A stretch of 32,000 nucleotides of DNA from Pasteurella multocida (GTDB lineage Bacteria > Pseudomonadota > Gammaproteobacteria > Enterobacterales > Pasteurellaceae), in NCBI RefSeq assembly GCF_900187275.1, contig NZ_LT906458.1:1200001-1232000 (forward strand), in the 5' to 3' direction. This document shows, one piece after another, positions 12,753 through 21,440 of the stretch. The notes beneath the pieces were generated by a model. That model was not told the DNA's origin and made no database searches. It saw nothing but the letters and a program-made list of their open reading frames with translations. Position 1 is the stretch's first letter. Every line of letters begins with the position of its first letter. The translations under genes were made by a program, and so were the position numbers.

Positions 12753-14558
12753 TTAGTTTGTCGTTGTTCCATTATCACTATTCAAACGCACAACGCGTCT
12801 TGCCATTTTATCTTGTGGCATCGCATCTGGTGGAATATTATTCACACGTAACGCATAGCCCATAATACTGGAGAACACCGGTGCTGAAATAGCGCCCCCA
12901 TAATATTGTCCCGCTTTTGGATCATTAATTAAGACAATTAACGCATAACGTGGATCAGAAATAGGTGCGACGCCGGCAGTATAAGCGATATATTTATCCA
13001 CATAACGCCCATTTTCTAATTTTTTCGCCGTCCCCGTTTTAATGCCGACACGGTAACCTTCCACCATGGCTTTCTTATTTTTAATCGCCACTTTTTCCAT
13101 CATATTGACCACTTCACGGGTAATCTTTTCTGGATACACGCGTTGACCAATTACGGGAGGATCCACTTTGGTAATCGAAAGTGGACGATAAATACCAAAA
13201 CTACCAAGTGTCACATAAGCTCGTGCAATTTGTAATGGTGTCGCATTAATCCCGTAACCATAAGCCACGTTAGCACGTTCAATATCAGACCAACGTTTAC
13301 GGTTCGCATTAAGTAAGCCAGATTGTTCACCAATTAACCCAAGATCCGTTGGTTTACCAAGTCCCGCATGCATGTAAGTTTCCATTAACGCGCTGGGTGG
13401 CATACGTAATGCTAAACGGCTCACCCCTCGGTTACTGGAATGCTCTAAAATACCATCTAATGTTAATTGATCACGAGGTGCCACATCGCGAATTTCATGT
13501 CCATTCAACACTAAAGGTCCAGTATTAATCACTTCATTACGTTTGGCTGCACCACGTTGAAGGGCGGCAAGCACCACAAACGGTTTGACAGTAGATCCTG
13601 GTTCAAAAGTATCTGTAATCGCTCGGTTACGCATGAAATCAGCTTTGACTCCGACACGATTATTTGGGTTATAAGACGGGGCATTCGCCATCGCTAATAC
13701 CTCACCTGTTCTTACATCTACTAATACTGCCGTACCTGATTCGGCTTTATTTTCCGCCACTGCTTTTTTAATTTCGCGATAAACCATGGATTGTAATTTT
13801 TCATCAATACTTAACGTCACATCCTGTGCATCGTATTTTTTCACATCCGCGATATTTTCAACGATATTACCAAATTTATCTTTACGATACGTACGCGAAC
13901 CCGATTTACCGATCAACATTGAATTAAAGCTTTTTTCAATGCCTTCAATCCCATCCCCATCAATATTGGTATACCCAATTAAATGTGCGACTTCTTCGAC
14001 ACGAGGATAAAAACGGCGTGCTTCATTTTTAAGCACCACACCTTTTAATTTTAACTCTCTGACATAATCAGCCACAGTTGGAGAAACTTGACGTGATAAA
14101 TAAACGAAACGTGATTTCGGATTTTTTTCAATCCGTTTAATCATGTCATGATATGAAATGCCGAGCACCTCAGCCAAGGCTTTCCAACGCTCTTTATCAA
14201 GGAAAGAATTTTTGTCAAAAATATCTTTAGGATCCGCAACGATGGAATACATTGGTACACTCACAGAGAGTAATTGACCATGCCGATCGAGAATCGAACC
14301 ACGAACTGATTGAATTTCTTGAATACGTAAGGAACGCTTATCCGCCTCATCAGTTAAAGTATCTGAATTGATGATTTGCACGCTGGCAGCCTTTCCAATT
14401 AATACCACCAAGCAACCAATAATGATGAGCAATGACGAAAAATAACGCCATTTTAAAAAGCTATTTTCATAAACCATTTTGGGTTTATTGAGCTTAATTG
14501 CGTCATTTTTAGCGAATCTGACTTTTTTGATTTTCTTCGTCGTATTAAATTTAACCAT
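12753..14558 (-). CDS. ftsI: Peptidoglycan D,D-transpeptidase FtsI (PBP3)
   Basis: 601-aa ORF. It has an N-terminal MVKFN... cytoplasmic tail plus one TM. The class B PBP active-site triad is present: STVK ([10 protein letters not shown]), SSN (EHSSNRG) and KTG (GIKTGTAKK). Confidence 0.95.
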   Translation of the reverse strand: MVKFNTTKKIKKVRFAKNDAIKLNKPKMVYENSFLKWRYFSSLLIIIGCLVVLIGKAASVQIINSDTLTDEADKRSLRIQEIQSVRGSILDRHGQLLSVSVPMYSIVADPKDIFDKNSFLDKERWKALAEVLGISYHDMIKRIEKNPKSRFVYLSRQVSPTVADYVRELKLKGVVLKNEARRFYPRVEEVAHLIGYTNIDGDGIEGIEKSFNSMLIGKSGSRTYRKDKFGNIVENIADVKKYDAQDVTLSIDEKLQSMVYREIKKAVAENKAESGTAVLVDVRTGEVLAMANAPSYNPNNRVGVKADFMRNRAITDTFEPGSTVKPFVVLAALQRGAAKRNEVINTGPLVLNGHEIRDVAPRDQLTLDGILEHSSNRGVSRLALRMPPSALMETYMHAGLGKPTDLGLIGEQSGLLNANRKRWSDIERANVAYGYGINATPLQIARAYVTLGSFGIYRPLSITKVDPPVIGQRVYPEKITREVVNMMEKVAIKNKKAMVEGYRVGIKTGTAKKLENGRYVDKYIAYTAGVAPISDPRYALIVLINDPKAGQYYGGAISAPVFSSIMGYALRVNNIPPDAMPQDKMARRVVRLNSDNGTTTN

Positions 14559-14575
14559 CTTGTTATCCCCAAATG

Positions 14576-14896
14576 CTACTCTAGGATCAACACTTCTTGT
14601 TCTGGCTCAACGCGCTTCATCCCTAATTGGCGCGCAATGGCTTCAATGCGGGTATTATCACTTTGCGTGGCTTCTTCTAATTTCAAATTTAAATATTCAT
14701 TCTCAAGCGCTTGATGCTCAAGCACGAGCTGACCATTTTCTGCCACTAAAATTCGGGTCTGATGCGTAATCCAAATAGTGCCCAATGCAGTCATAACAAT
14801 CAAAAACAATAAAGCAATGAGGGTTTTATTAGCACTAAACAAATCATCTAAAATAATATTTTGTAATGGATAACGATCTTGACTCTCTAACATCAC
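14576..14896 (-). CDS. ftsL: Cell division protein FtsL
   Basis: 106-aa bitopic ORF ([20 protein letters not shown]) followed by a leucine-zipper-like coiled coil. Its start overlaps the rsmH stop (ATGA). It sits between rsmH and ftsI. Confidence 0.88.
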   Translation of the reverse strand: MMLESQDRYPLQNIILDDLFSANKTLIALLFLIVMTALGTIWITHQTRILVAENGQLVLEHQALENEYLNLKLEEATQSDNTRIEAIARQLGMKRVEPEQEVLILE

Positions 14897-15858
14897 AACT
14901 TCTCCGCTACACGTAATACTGCACTTCTAGAACGCGGATTTTGTTGTTGTTCTTGCTCTGTTGGCATAATCGCTTTACCAATCACTTTTAAAGTTTGTGT
15001 CCGCTGAATCTGATCGTCACGTAAAGGCAAACCTTTAGGAATATCTTCTCCCTTACTTTGCTTACGCATAAAGTGTTTCACCATGCGATCTTCTAACGAA
15101 TGAAAGCTGATAATTGCTAATCGCCCTTGTGGCGCGAGCACTTGTACAGCTGATTTCAACACGCTCTCGAGTTCATCTAATTCTGCATTAATAAAAATCC
15201 GAATCGCCTGAAAACTTCGTGTCGCAGGATGCTTATGTTTATCTTTAAAAGGCACCGCATTGGCAATCAGCTCTGCTAATTGCAAGGTTCTACTCAATGG
15301 TTCCGTGCCATGTTGTAACGCCTGTTTGTTATAATTCACAATCGCTTGTGCAATGCGTTTGGCAAACCGTTCTTCCCCAAAGGTTTTTAACACCCAAGCT
15401 AAATCTTGTTCTGATACCTGTTGCAGCCACTCACTTGCCGATAAACCTTGTGTGGTATCCATACGCATATCAAGCGGACCATCTTTCATAAAGCTAAAGC
15501 CGCGTTCTGCTTCATCTAACTGGGGAGAAGAAACACCTAAATCCAATAAAATCCCGTCGACTTTACCGACAAGATTTAATCGTTCACAAATGCGAGGAAT
15601 GTCAGAAAAACTGCGATGTTCAATATGAAAACGGGGATCTTGAATCGTCTTGGCTTCAGCAATAGCACGTGGATCGCGATCAATCGCAATCAAACGCCCA
15701 TTATCGGCTAAACGGGAAAGGATTAAACGAGAATGTCCACCTCGTCCAAATGTACCATCGATATAGATACCTTTTTCTTTCAAGGCTAAACCCGCTACTG
15801 CCTCATTGAGTAAGACAGTAATATGCGCAGGTGATGAAAAATGATCTTTATCGTTCAT
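14893..15858 (-). CDS. rsmH: 16S rRNA (cytosine1402-N4)-methyltransferase RsmH (MraW)
   Basis: 321-aa ORF with [10 protein letters not shown] and the SAM-binding [10 protein letters not shown] motif. Confidence 0.94.
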   Translation of the reverse strand: MNDKDHFSSPAHITVLLNEAVAGLALKEKGIYIDGTFGRGGHSRLILSRLADNGRLIAIDRDPRAIAEAKTIQDPRFHIEHRSFSDIPRICERLNLVGKVDGILLDLGVSSPQLDEAERGFSFMKDGPLDMRMDTTQGLSASEWLQQVSEQDLAWVLKTFGEERFAKRIAQAIVNYNKQALQHGTEPLSRTLQLAELIANAVPFKDKHKHPATRSFQAIRIFINAELDELESVLKSAVQVLAPQGRLAIISFHSLEDRMVKHFMRKQSKGEDIPKGLPLRDDQIQRTQTLKVIGKAIMPTEQEQQQNPRSRSAVLRVAEKL

Positions 15859-15912
15859 AACTATTTACCAACGGTACAAATAAAAGGAAATTAAAATAAT
15901 TAAGAGAAGATA

Positions 15913-15933
15913 AGGCGGTGCCTAGCACCGCTT
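15913..15933 (-). other. GC-rich stem-loop in the mraZ-rsmH spacer
   Basis: GCGGTGC (15915-15921), CTA, then GCACCGC (15925-15931): a perfect 7-bp stem with a 3-nt loop, flanked by A/T pairs. On the minus strand it is followed by the pyrimidine-rich CCUUAUCUUCUCUUAAUUAUUUU, not a clean U-run. Confidence 0.5.
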
Positions 15934-15979
15934 ACCTTTTGCTAGTGCTGCTGTTCTATTGTGTGAAAGTTGACTTTCT

Positions 15980-16438
15980 TTATAATGACAGCATTTTTAA
16001 TTCTTCAGATAGTGCAAACTGACCACTTGCACCCAACGCCATATCTTGTTCAATTTGAGCATGCCATTCCGCATCGCTCCAAATTTCAAATTTATTGAGT
16101 TGCCCAACAAGCATCAGGCTTTTTTCTAATTTAGCGTGAAGGCGTAAAGGTCCGCTAATTAATATCCGTCCGGCACTATCCAGTTCACATTCAGTGGCAT
16201 ACCCAAGCATAACGCGCTGAAGGCTACGGTGTGTGAGATCAAAATTTGCTAGTGCTGAAAGTTTTTGTTCAACCAATTCCCATTCTTTTAACGGATAAAG
16301 TAGCAAACAAGGTTGGCGAATATCGACTGTGCAGACCATTTGCCCTGCATTTTGTTCAATAATTTCAGCACGATAACGAGTCGGGATCGCAATACGTCCC
16401 TTTGAATCCAAGTTAATTGCTGATGCGCCACGAAACAT
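15980..16438 (-). CDS. mraZ: Transcriptional regulator MraZ
   Basis: 152-aa ORF with the two MraZ/SpoVT-AbrB repeats ([10 protein letters not shown] and LDSAGRILI). It is the first gene of the dcw cluster. Confidence 0.94.
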   Translation of the reverse strand: MFRGASAINLDSKGRIAIPTRYRAEIIEQNAGQMVCTVDIRQPCLLLYPLKEWELVEQKLSALANFDLTHRSLQRVMLGYATECELDSAGRILISGPLRLHAKLEKSLMLVGQLNKFEIWSDAEWHAQIEQDMALGASGQFALSEELKMLSL

Positions 16439-16487
16439 AAGTTGTTTCCCTTTTTATGATTGCGACAAATGAATTTTGGGAATTTTT

Positions 16488-16523
16488 CCAACTTTTTTAC
16501 CACAAAACTCCACTTATTACCAC
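16488..16523 (-). promoter_or_regulatory. Putative MraZ operator: direct GTGG(T/A) repeats at 10-bp phase
   Basis: The minus strand reads AAAGTGGTAATAAGTGGAGTTTTGTGGTAAAAAAGTTGG. Pentamers are at 16523-16519, 16513-16509 and 16503-16499 with exact 5-nt spacers. A degenerate fourth (GTTGG) is at 16492-16488. This sits 60-85 nt upstream of the mraZ ATG. A tentative promoter (TTGCAA-17-TAAACT) lies just upstream at ~16534-16562. Confidence 0.6.
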
Positions 16524-16661
16524 TTTTATTCAAGTTTATTATTAGTTCGCTTAACTTGCAAGCAATTTAACGCGTTCTAATGCAAAGTTTTGTCTATTTT
16601 TTTATAGCATTAAAAAGAAAAACTGAGTTTCATCATAAAAAACGAAAAGACTAAACAGCAG

Positions 16662-16700
16662 AAACAAAAATGCCCTATCAATCAACGATCAACAGGGCAT
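16662..16700 (-). terminator. Probable intrinsic terminator of cstA
   Basis: The minus strand reads AUGCCCU, a 17-nt loop, AGGGCAU, then UUUUUGUUU. It begins 22 nt after the cstA stop. The large loop lowers confidence. Confidence 0.55.
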
Positions 16701-16721
16701 CGGATGAGATAAAAAACGAGA

Positions 16722-18266
16722 TTATTGTTTGACTAAATCGTCAACCAAGGCATCAGGATCACCTTTAGCAATTGGTTTTAATAACGTAAAGAACAAGACA
16801 GTACAGAACACGGTTAAACCAATACCAATATAAACAGAAAGTTGATAGTCTAAATTGAAACCGATCTTGTTATACGCTAAGTAAGTGAAACAAACGGTAC
16901 TGATGAACATTGCTGGAAGCGTACAAACCCAGTGGAATTTACCGTAACGGAATAAATACGCTGCGGCAGTCCATAACATCACCATTGCTGTCGTTTGGTT
17001 TGCCCAGCTGAAATAACGCCACAATACGCTGAAGTCAATTTTCGATACAATGAACCCTAACACAAACAATGGAACAGCAATCACTAAACGTTTCACCAAT
17101 GTTTTTTGCTCAAATTTAAAGAACTCAGCAATGATTAAACGTGCTGCACGGAATGCGGTATCGCCAGAGGTAATTGGTAATACCACCACACCAAGAATTG
17201 CAAATACACCACCCACAGCACCGAGGAAGTAGATTGAAGAATCATATACAACTTTTGACGGTGAACCGGCTGCAATCGCAGCTTGTAATTCTGTTGGGTC
17301 TTGATAGAAACTTAATCCTACTGCACACCAAACTAAGGCAATCACCCCTTCAGCAATCATCGCACCATAGAAAATGAAACGACCTTCTTTTTCATTTTGT
17401 GCACAACGTGCCATTAATGGCGATTGCGTCGCATGGAAACCAGATAATGCACCACAAGAGATAGTTAAGAATAATAATGGCCAAATTGGTAAATCACCTT
17501 TTGGTTGTAAATTCTCAAAGAATTTCCCCACTTCTAATCCACCTACTGTACGGAAAAACTCGATTGGCTCATTACTATTTAAATGACTGCTGACTAAGCC
17601 AAACATCATACCGAATGTCATGAACAGTAATAAAGCACCGAATAGCGGATAGATACGACCGATAATTTTATCAATCGGTAATAAAGTTGCGATGATGTAG
17701 TAAACAAAAATAATGGTTGTCCAAATCACTAAGACGGTAGCAGCATCATAACCAAATACGGTTGCAGCCGCCCCTGCGCTCTCTACGACACCCAAATTAT
17801 CCATAGTAATAGTGCTTAATAATTTTGCTGGACTAGCAACGAAAACCACACCAACGAGAAGTAATAACACTACCGCAAGCATATTAATAAAGGCTTTCAC
17901 TGGTGCGCCTAAATAACGACCTGCTAATGTTGGCATTGACGCGCCCCCATTACGCACACTTAACATACCACAGAAGTAATCATGCACTGCACCGGCAAAA
18001 ATACAACCGATCACAATCCATAACATTGCGACTGGTCCATATAAAGCACCGAGAATTGGTCCAAAGATTGGTCCTGTTCCTGCAATGTTTAATAATTGAA
18101 TCAACCAAATCTTTTTAGTTGACATTGGCATGTAGTCAACACCATCGTTCATTGTATAAGCGGGTGTTGCTTTTTTGGGGTTGATCACAAAGATCTTTTC
18201 AATAAATTTGCCGTATACAAAATAGCCCAAAACTAATATTGCAACGCAAAAGAAGAACCATAACAT
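16722..18266 (-). CDS. cstA: CstA-family carbon starvation / peptide-pyruvate transporter (short form)
   Basis: 514-aa polytopic ORF with the CstA N-terminal signature LLNIAGTGPIFGPILGALYGP. Confidence 0.85.
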   Translation of the reverse strand: MLWFFFCVAILVLGYFVYGKFIEKIFVINPKKATPAYTMNDGVDYMPMSTKKIWLIQLLNIAGTGPIFGPILGALYGPVAMLWIVIGCIFAGAVHDYFCGMLSVRNGGASMPTLAGRYLGAPVKAFINMLAVVLLLLVGVVFVASPAKLLSTITMDNLGVVESAGAAATVFGYDAATVLVIWTTIIFVYYIIATLLPIDKIIGRIYPLFGALLLFMTFGMMFGLVSSHLNSNEPIEFFRTVGGLEVGKFFENLQPKGDLPIWPLLFLTISCGALSGFHATQSPLMARCAQNEKEGRFIFYGAMIAEGVIALVWCAVGLSFYQDPTELQAAIAAGSPSKVVYDSSIYFLGAVGGVFAILGVVVLPITSGDTAFRAARLIIAEFFKFEQKTLVKRLVIAVPLFVLGFIVSKIDFSVLWRYFSWANQTTAMVMLWTAAAYLFRYGKFHWVCTLPAMFISTVCFTYLAYNKIGFNLDYQLSVYIGIGLTVFCTVLFFTLLKPIAKGDPDALVDDLVKQ

Positions 18267-18394
18267 AATAGAGTACCTATCTTAGTAGATTAAATATTTA
18301 GACAACTTTTTCATGCAAAAGCCGTGCGTATTTTATTGCAGTTGTAATTATTAAGTAAACAAGCAAGCCTGCTCGCATTGCAAAATAGTTACAA

Positions 18395-18416
18395 CTTTGT
18401 GATAAATATCACGCTT
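18395..18416. promoter_or_regulatory. Putative CRP (cAMP receptor protein) site
   Basis: cttTGTGAtaaataTCACGctt matches TGTGA-N6-TCACA at 9/10 core positions. It lies ~130 nt upstream of the cstA ATG in the cstA/fecB divergent region. Confidence 0.6.
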
Positions 18417-18490
18417 TCACGCGACTTTCCTCACACTCAGTGTGGTATATCCTCCTTTTCTCCGCACTTGTCATACCAGATATAACTAAA

Positions 18491-18527
18491 AATAATAATT
18501 ACTTTCATTTGCGCATAATGGTATAAT
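18491..18527 (+). promoter_or_regulatory. Putative Fur box overlapping the fecB promoter
   Basis: The reverse complement of 18494-18512 (GCAAATGAAAGTAATTATT) matches the Fur consensus GATAATGATAATCATTATC at 13/19. A consensus -10 TATAAT sits at 18522-18527, 42 nt before the fecB ATG. The 22-mer 18491-18512 is 19/22 identical to 26964-26985. Confidence 0.55.
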
Positions 18528-18568
18528 TAGCCAAATTTTTATTTTTCACTCCAACAAGGAAAGCCAAC

Positions 18569-19465
18569 ATGAAAACTGTCTTAACCTCCACTCTTGCCGT
18601 GACTTTATTGATGGCAAGCCAATTCGTTTCTGCTGTTACCGTCAAAGATCAAAAAGGGGAATTTACCTTAGATAGCGTACCTAAACGTGTTGTTGCCTTA
18701 GAATATTCTTATGTGGATGCACTTGCACAAATTGGTGTCAGCCCTGTTGGTGTCGCAGATGACAATGATAAAACCCGTATTCTGCAAAAAGTACGCGATA
18801 AAGTGCAGCCATGGGAATCAGTGGGGACGCGTTCTCAACCGAGTTTAGAAGCGATCTCTGCACTTAAACCAGATTTGATCATTGCCGATGATAATCGCCA
18901 TTCTGCCGTCTATGAAGAACTCAAAAAAATCGCGCCGACAGTCGTCTTTAATTCTCGCCATGAGAACTATCAAGAAAACCTTGAAACCGCACAAAAAATC
19001 GGTGATTTATTAGGTAAATCAAAAGAAATGCAAGCGCGTATTGCAAAACATAAGCAGGATATTGCGGACATCGCCAAAACGTTACCAAAAGGGAAAAAAG
19101 CGATTATCGGTGTTTCACGTGAAACCCAATTTAATTTATATAATAGCGAATCCTATGCCGGTGGCTTAGTGGAAGTGCTAGGTTATCAAATGCCAAAAGC
19201 CCGTGCCGATAACCAACCTAATGCTTCGGTTGGCTTAGAACAAGTGGCGGCAGAAAAGCCTGATCTGATGATCTTAATCCATTATCGTGATGAGAGTATT
19301 GCAAGAAAATGGGAAAATGAAGCCTTATGGAAAATTATCCCTGCGGTGAAAAATGGTCAAGTCATCTTAGCTAATGATAATTTATGGGCAAGAGCACGTG
19401 GTATTGATGCCGCTGAAGTAATGGCTAAAGAAGTCCAAGACTTTGTAACGAAATCCGCCAAATAA
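18569..19465 (+). CDS. fecB: Periplasmic ferric-citrate/siderophore-binding protein (FecB-like)
   Basis: 298-aa ORF with a signal peptide (cleavage after SQFVSA). Long blocks resemble E. coli FecB as I recall it: GEFTLDSVPKRVVALE, GVADDND, PWESVGTRSQPSLEAISALKPDLIIAD and MQARIAKHK. Confidence 0.8.
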   Translation: MKTVLTSTLAVTLLMASQFVSAVTVKDQKGEFTLDSVPKRVVALEYSYVDALAQIGVSPVGVADDNDKTRILQKVRDKVQPWESVGTRSQPSLEAISALKPDLIIADDNRHSAVYEELKKIAPTVVFNSRHENYQENLETAQKIGDLLGKSKEMQARIAKHKQDIADIAKTLPKGKKAIIGVSRETQFNLYNSESYAGGLVEVLGYQMPKARADNQPNASVGLEQVAAEKPDLMILIHYRDESIARKWENEALWKIIPAVKNGQVILANDNLWARARGIDAAEVMAKEVQDFVTKSAK

Positions 19466-20448
19466 TGAAAACCTTTCTACGTTGGAGCTTCCCCACCGGC
19501 ATCTTATTTGGGCTTTTGTGGGGAAGCTTATTTTTATACTACCCAACCCCGATTTCAGCGTGGGAAACCCTTCAGGCATTCATCGGACACGACGATGAAT
19601 TAGTCCAAATCACTATCCTCGATTTACGCTTACCTCGTTCTTTAGTTGCCATAGCGATGGGCGCTAATTTGGCCGTCGCAGGCGCATTGTTACAAACTAT
19701 CACGCGTAATCCTTTAGCCTCGCCTTCGTTATTAAGTGTCAATGCAGGTGCAAGCTTAGCGATGGTAACAGCAACAGCGGTCATGCCTAGTTTTTTCTCA
19801 GGTTATAGCATTGCTTTCATTTCCAGTATTGGTGGAGGATTAAGCTGGTTATTAGTGATGCTGATTAGTGGCGGATGGCATGCACGTGCAGAACGCAACC
19901 GCGTAATTCTGGCAGGGATTGCCGTGTCTTTATTTTGTGCTGCATTAACAAAATTAGTGATTATTATTGCCGAAGATCATGCTGCGAATATCATGAATTG
20001 GCTTGCTGGTGGAATTGCCCATGCGCGTTGGGGAGAATGGTGGATCATTTTACCGTTTTTCGTGTTAAGCCTACTTTTTTGTACTTTCTTTGCTAGCCAA
20101 CTGAATTTACTCAATCTGAGTGATGAATCTGCACAATCACTTGGGGTTAATCTGTTTAAGCTACGTTGGATGACAAATATTGTGGCACTCCTGATCATTG
20201 GCTCTAGTGTCAGTGTCGCCGGTCCGGTGGCCTTTATTGGTCTATTAATTCCTCATTTAGCGCGTTATTGGATCAGTTACGATTTACGCAAAATGCTCCC
20301 AATGTCAATGTTATTGGGTGGTTGTCTGATGCTTATCGCAGACATGTTAGCCCGAGCAGTCACGTTTCCAAATGAAATCCCTGCGGGCGCGATCCTCGCT
20401 TTAGTCGGCGCACCTGTTTTTGTCTTATTTGCGCGAGGAAAACGATAA
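19465..20448 (+). CDS. fecC: FecCD-family iron ABC transporter permease
   Basis: 327-aa polytopic ORF with FecCD-family motifs (LRLPRSLVAIAMGANLAVAGALLQTITRNPLASPSLL). It is start/stop coupled to fecB via TAATG. Confidence 0.82.
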   Translation: MKTFLRWSFPTGILFGLLWGSLFLYYPTPISAWETLQAFIGHDDELVQITILDLRLPRSLVAIAMGANLAVAGALLQTITRNPLASPSLLSVNAGASLAMVTATAVMPSFFSGYSIAFISSIGGGLSWLLVMLISGGWHARAERNRVILAGIAVSLFCAALTKLVIIIAEDHAANIMNWLAGGIAHARWGEWWIILPFFVLSLLFCTFFASQLNLLNLSDESAQSLGVNLFKLRWMTNIVALLIIGSSVSVAGPVAFIGLLIPHLARYWISYDLRKMLPMSMLLGGCLMLIADMLARAVTFPNEIPAGAILALVGAPVFVLFARGKR

Positions 20449-21440
20449 TGGCAGCCAATAGCAAACTACTTACACGCTTTAAAATACCTTTTTATCCAAC
20501 CGCACTTTTGCTGTTGTTGATACTCTTTTGTTTAAGTTTACAGCTAGGCACCTATCATCTCTCTATCAGTGAAATTTGGCAGATTTTACATCACCCTGAA
20601 GACGCAAATCACTTTACGTTAATGGAATATCGTTTGCCACGTGCCTTGCTCGCGATCTTAATGGGCAGTGCCTTAGCAGTTTCTGGCGTGTTAGTGCAAA
20701 GTGTGGTGAGAAATCCCCTCGCCTCGCCAGATATTCTCGGTATCAACAACGCGGCAGGGCTAGTCGCAGTGATTAGCTTGATTTATTTCCCGGGACTTGC
20801 TTTTTACTGGTTACCTATTTTTGCCTTTATTGGTGGCATTTTGTCTTTTCTGTTACTTTGGCTTATTTGTGGTTTACATTTTCGTCCCCTGAAAATGGCG
20901 ATTATTGGGGTCGCGCTGTCTGCCTTATGGGCTGCAGCAAGCCACTATCTAATGCTATCCAATCCAGTTGATATTAACTCCGCGATGTTATGGTTAACCG
21001 GCAGCCTATGGGGACGGAGTTGGTCTTACTTATTGGTGGTGTTACCTTGGTTGCTTGTGCTACTGCCTTTGGCTTTTCTGTTCTGTCGTGATCTGGATAC
21101 CTTAGCATTAGGCGAAAACAAAGCCGCCACTTTAGGGGTATCCCTTCACAAAATGCAGATCATCGTGTTGCTACTTTCTGTAGCGCTTGCCACCACCGCG
21201 GTTGCGATTTGTGGTCCAATCGCATTTCTCGGCTTAGTCGCACCGCACTTTGCTCGCCATTTAGTCGGCGGTCGTCATCGAACCTTATTGCCAGCGGCAT
21301 TACTGTTAGGAGCAATTTTACTGCTGATTTCAGATATTTTAGCCCGTATTATTGCCCCCCCAGTGGAGATTCCCGCAGGGGTTCTCACCGCAATTTTAGG
21401 GGCACCGTATTTTTTCTATTTATTAATGAGAACGAAATAA
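20448..21440 (+). CDS. fecD: FecCD-family iron ABC transporter permease
   Basis: 330-aa polytopic paralogue (YRLPRALLAILMGSALAVSGVLVQSVVRNPLASPDILG). It is coupled on both sides via TAATG. Confidence 0.82.
   Translation: MAANSKLLTRFKIPFYPTALLLLLILFCLSLQLGTYHLSISEIWQILHHPEDANHFTLMEYRLPRALLAILMGSALAVSGVLVQSVVRNPLASPDILGINNAAGLVAVISLIYFPGLAFYWLPIFAFIGGILSFLLLWLICGLHFRPLKMAIIGVALSALWAAASHYLMLSNPVDINSAMLWLTGSLWGRSWSYLLVVLPWLLVLLPLAFLFCRDLDTLALGENKAATLGVSLHKMQIIVLLLSVALATTAVAICGPIAFLGLVAPHFARHLVGGRHRTLLPAALLLGAILLLISDILARIIAPPVEIPAGVLTAILGAPYFFYLLMRTK
20499..20507 (-). repeat. Uptake signal sequence core (Hin-type USS)
   Basis: Exact ACCGCACTT, inside fecD. Confidence 0.85.
21242..21250 (-). repeat. 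Uptake signal sequence core (Hin-type USS)
   Basis: Exact ACCGCACTT, inside fecD. Confidence 0.85.

Noticed and set aside
12950-13090. PBP3 residues after the KTG motif as possible beta-lactam resistance (BLNAR-type) substitutions
   Set aside because: By my recollection of H. influenzae PBP3 (KTGTARKIENGHYVNKY; R517H and N526K confer resistance), this protein has [17 protein letters not shown]. That puts K and D at the equivalent sites, not H and K. The organism is evidently a different species, so the differences are most simply lineage variation.
16288-16533. 81-aa minus-strand ORF overlapping the mraZ start
   Set aside because: It is out of frame with mraZ and overlaps its first 50 codons and the operator repeats. 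It has no SD and an implausible composition, so it is an artefact.
16722-18266. cstA as a truncated pseudogene (514 aa versus ~700 aa for E. coli CstA)
   Set aside because: The ORF is intact from a plausible start to a stop followed by a terminator. The adjacent sequence contains no frame-shifted remnant. Short-form CstA homologues exist in other bacteria.
18431-18447. Inverted repeat TCACACTCAGTGTGG as a second CRP site
   Set aside because: The half-sites are in the wrong order and spacing (TCACA-N-TGTG rather than TGTGA-N6-TCACA). It is probably a small hairpin or chance.
21209-21439. 77-codon N-terminal extension of the fecE ORF
   Set aside because: It lies entirely within fecD in another frame. 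The ABC ATPase homology begins at the ATG at 21440, which is TAATG-coupled to fecD.
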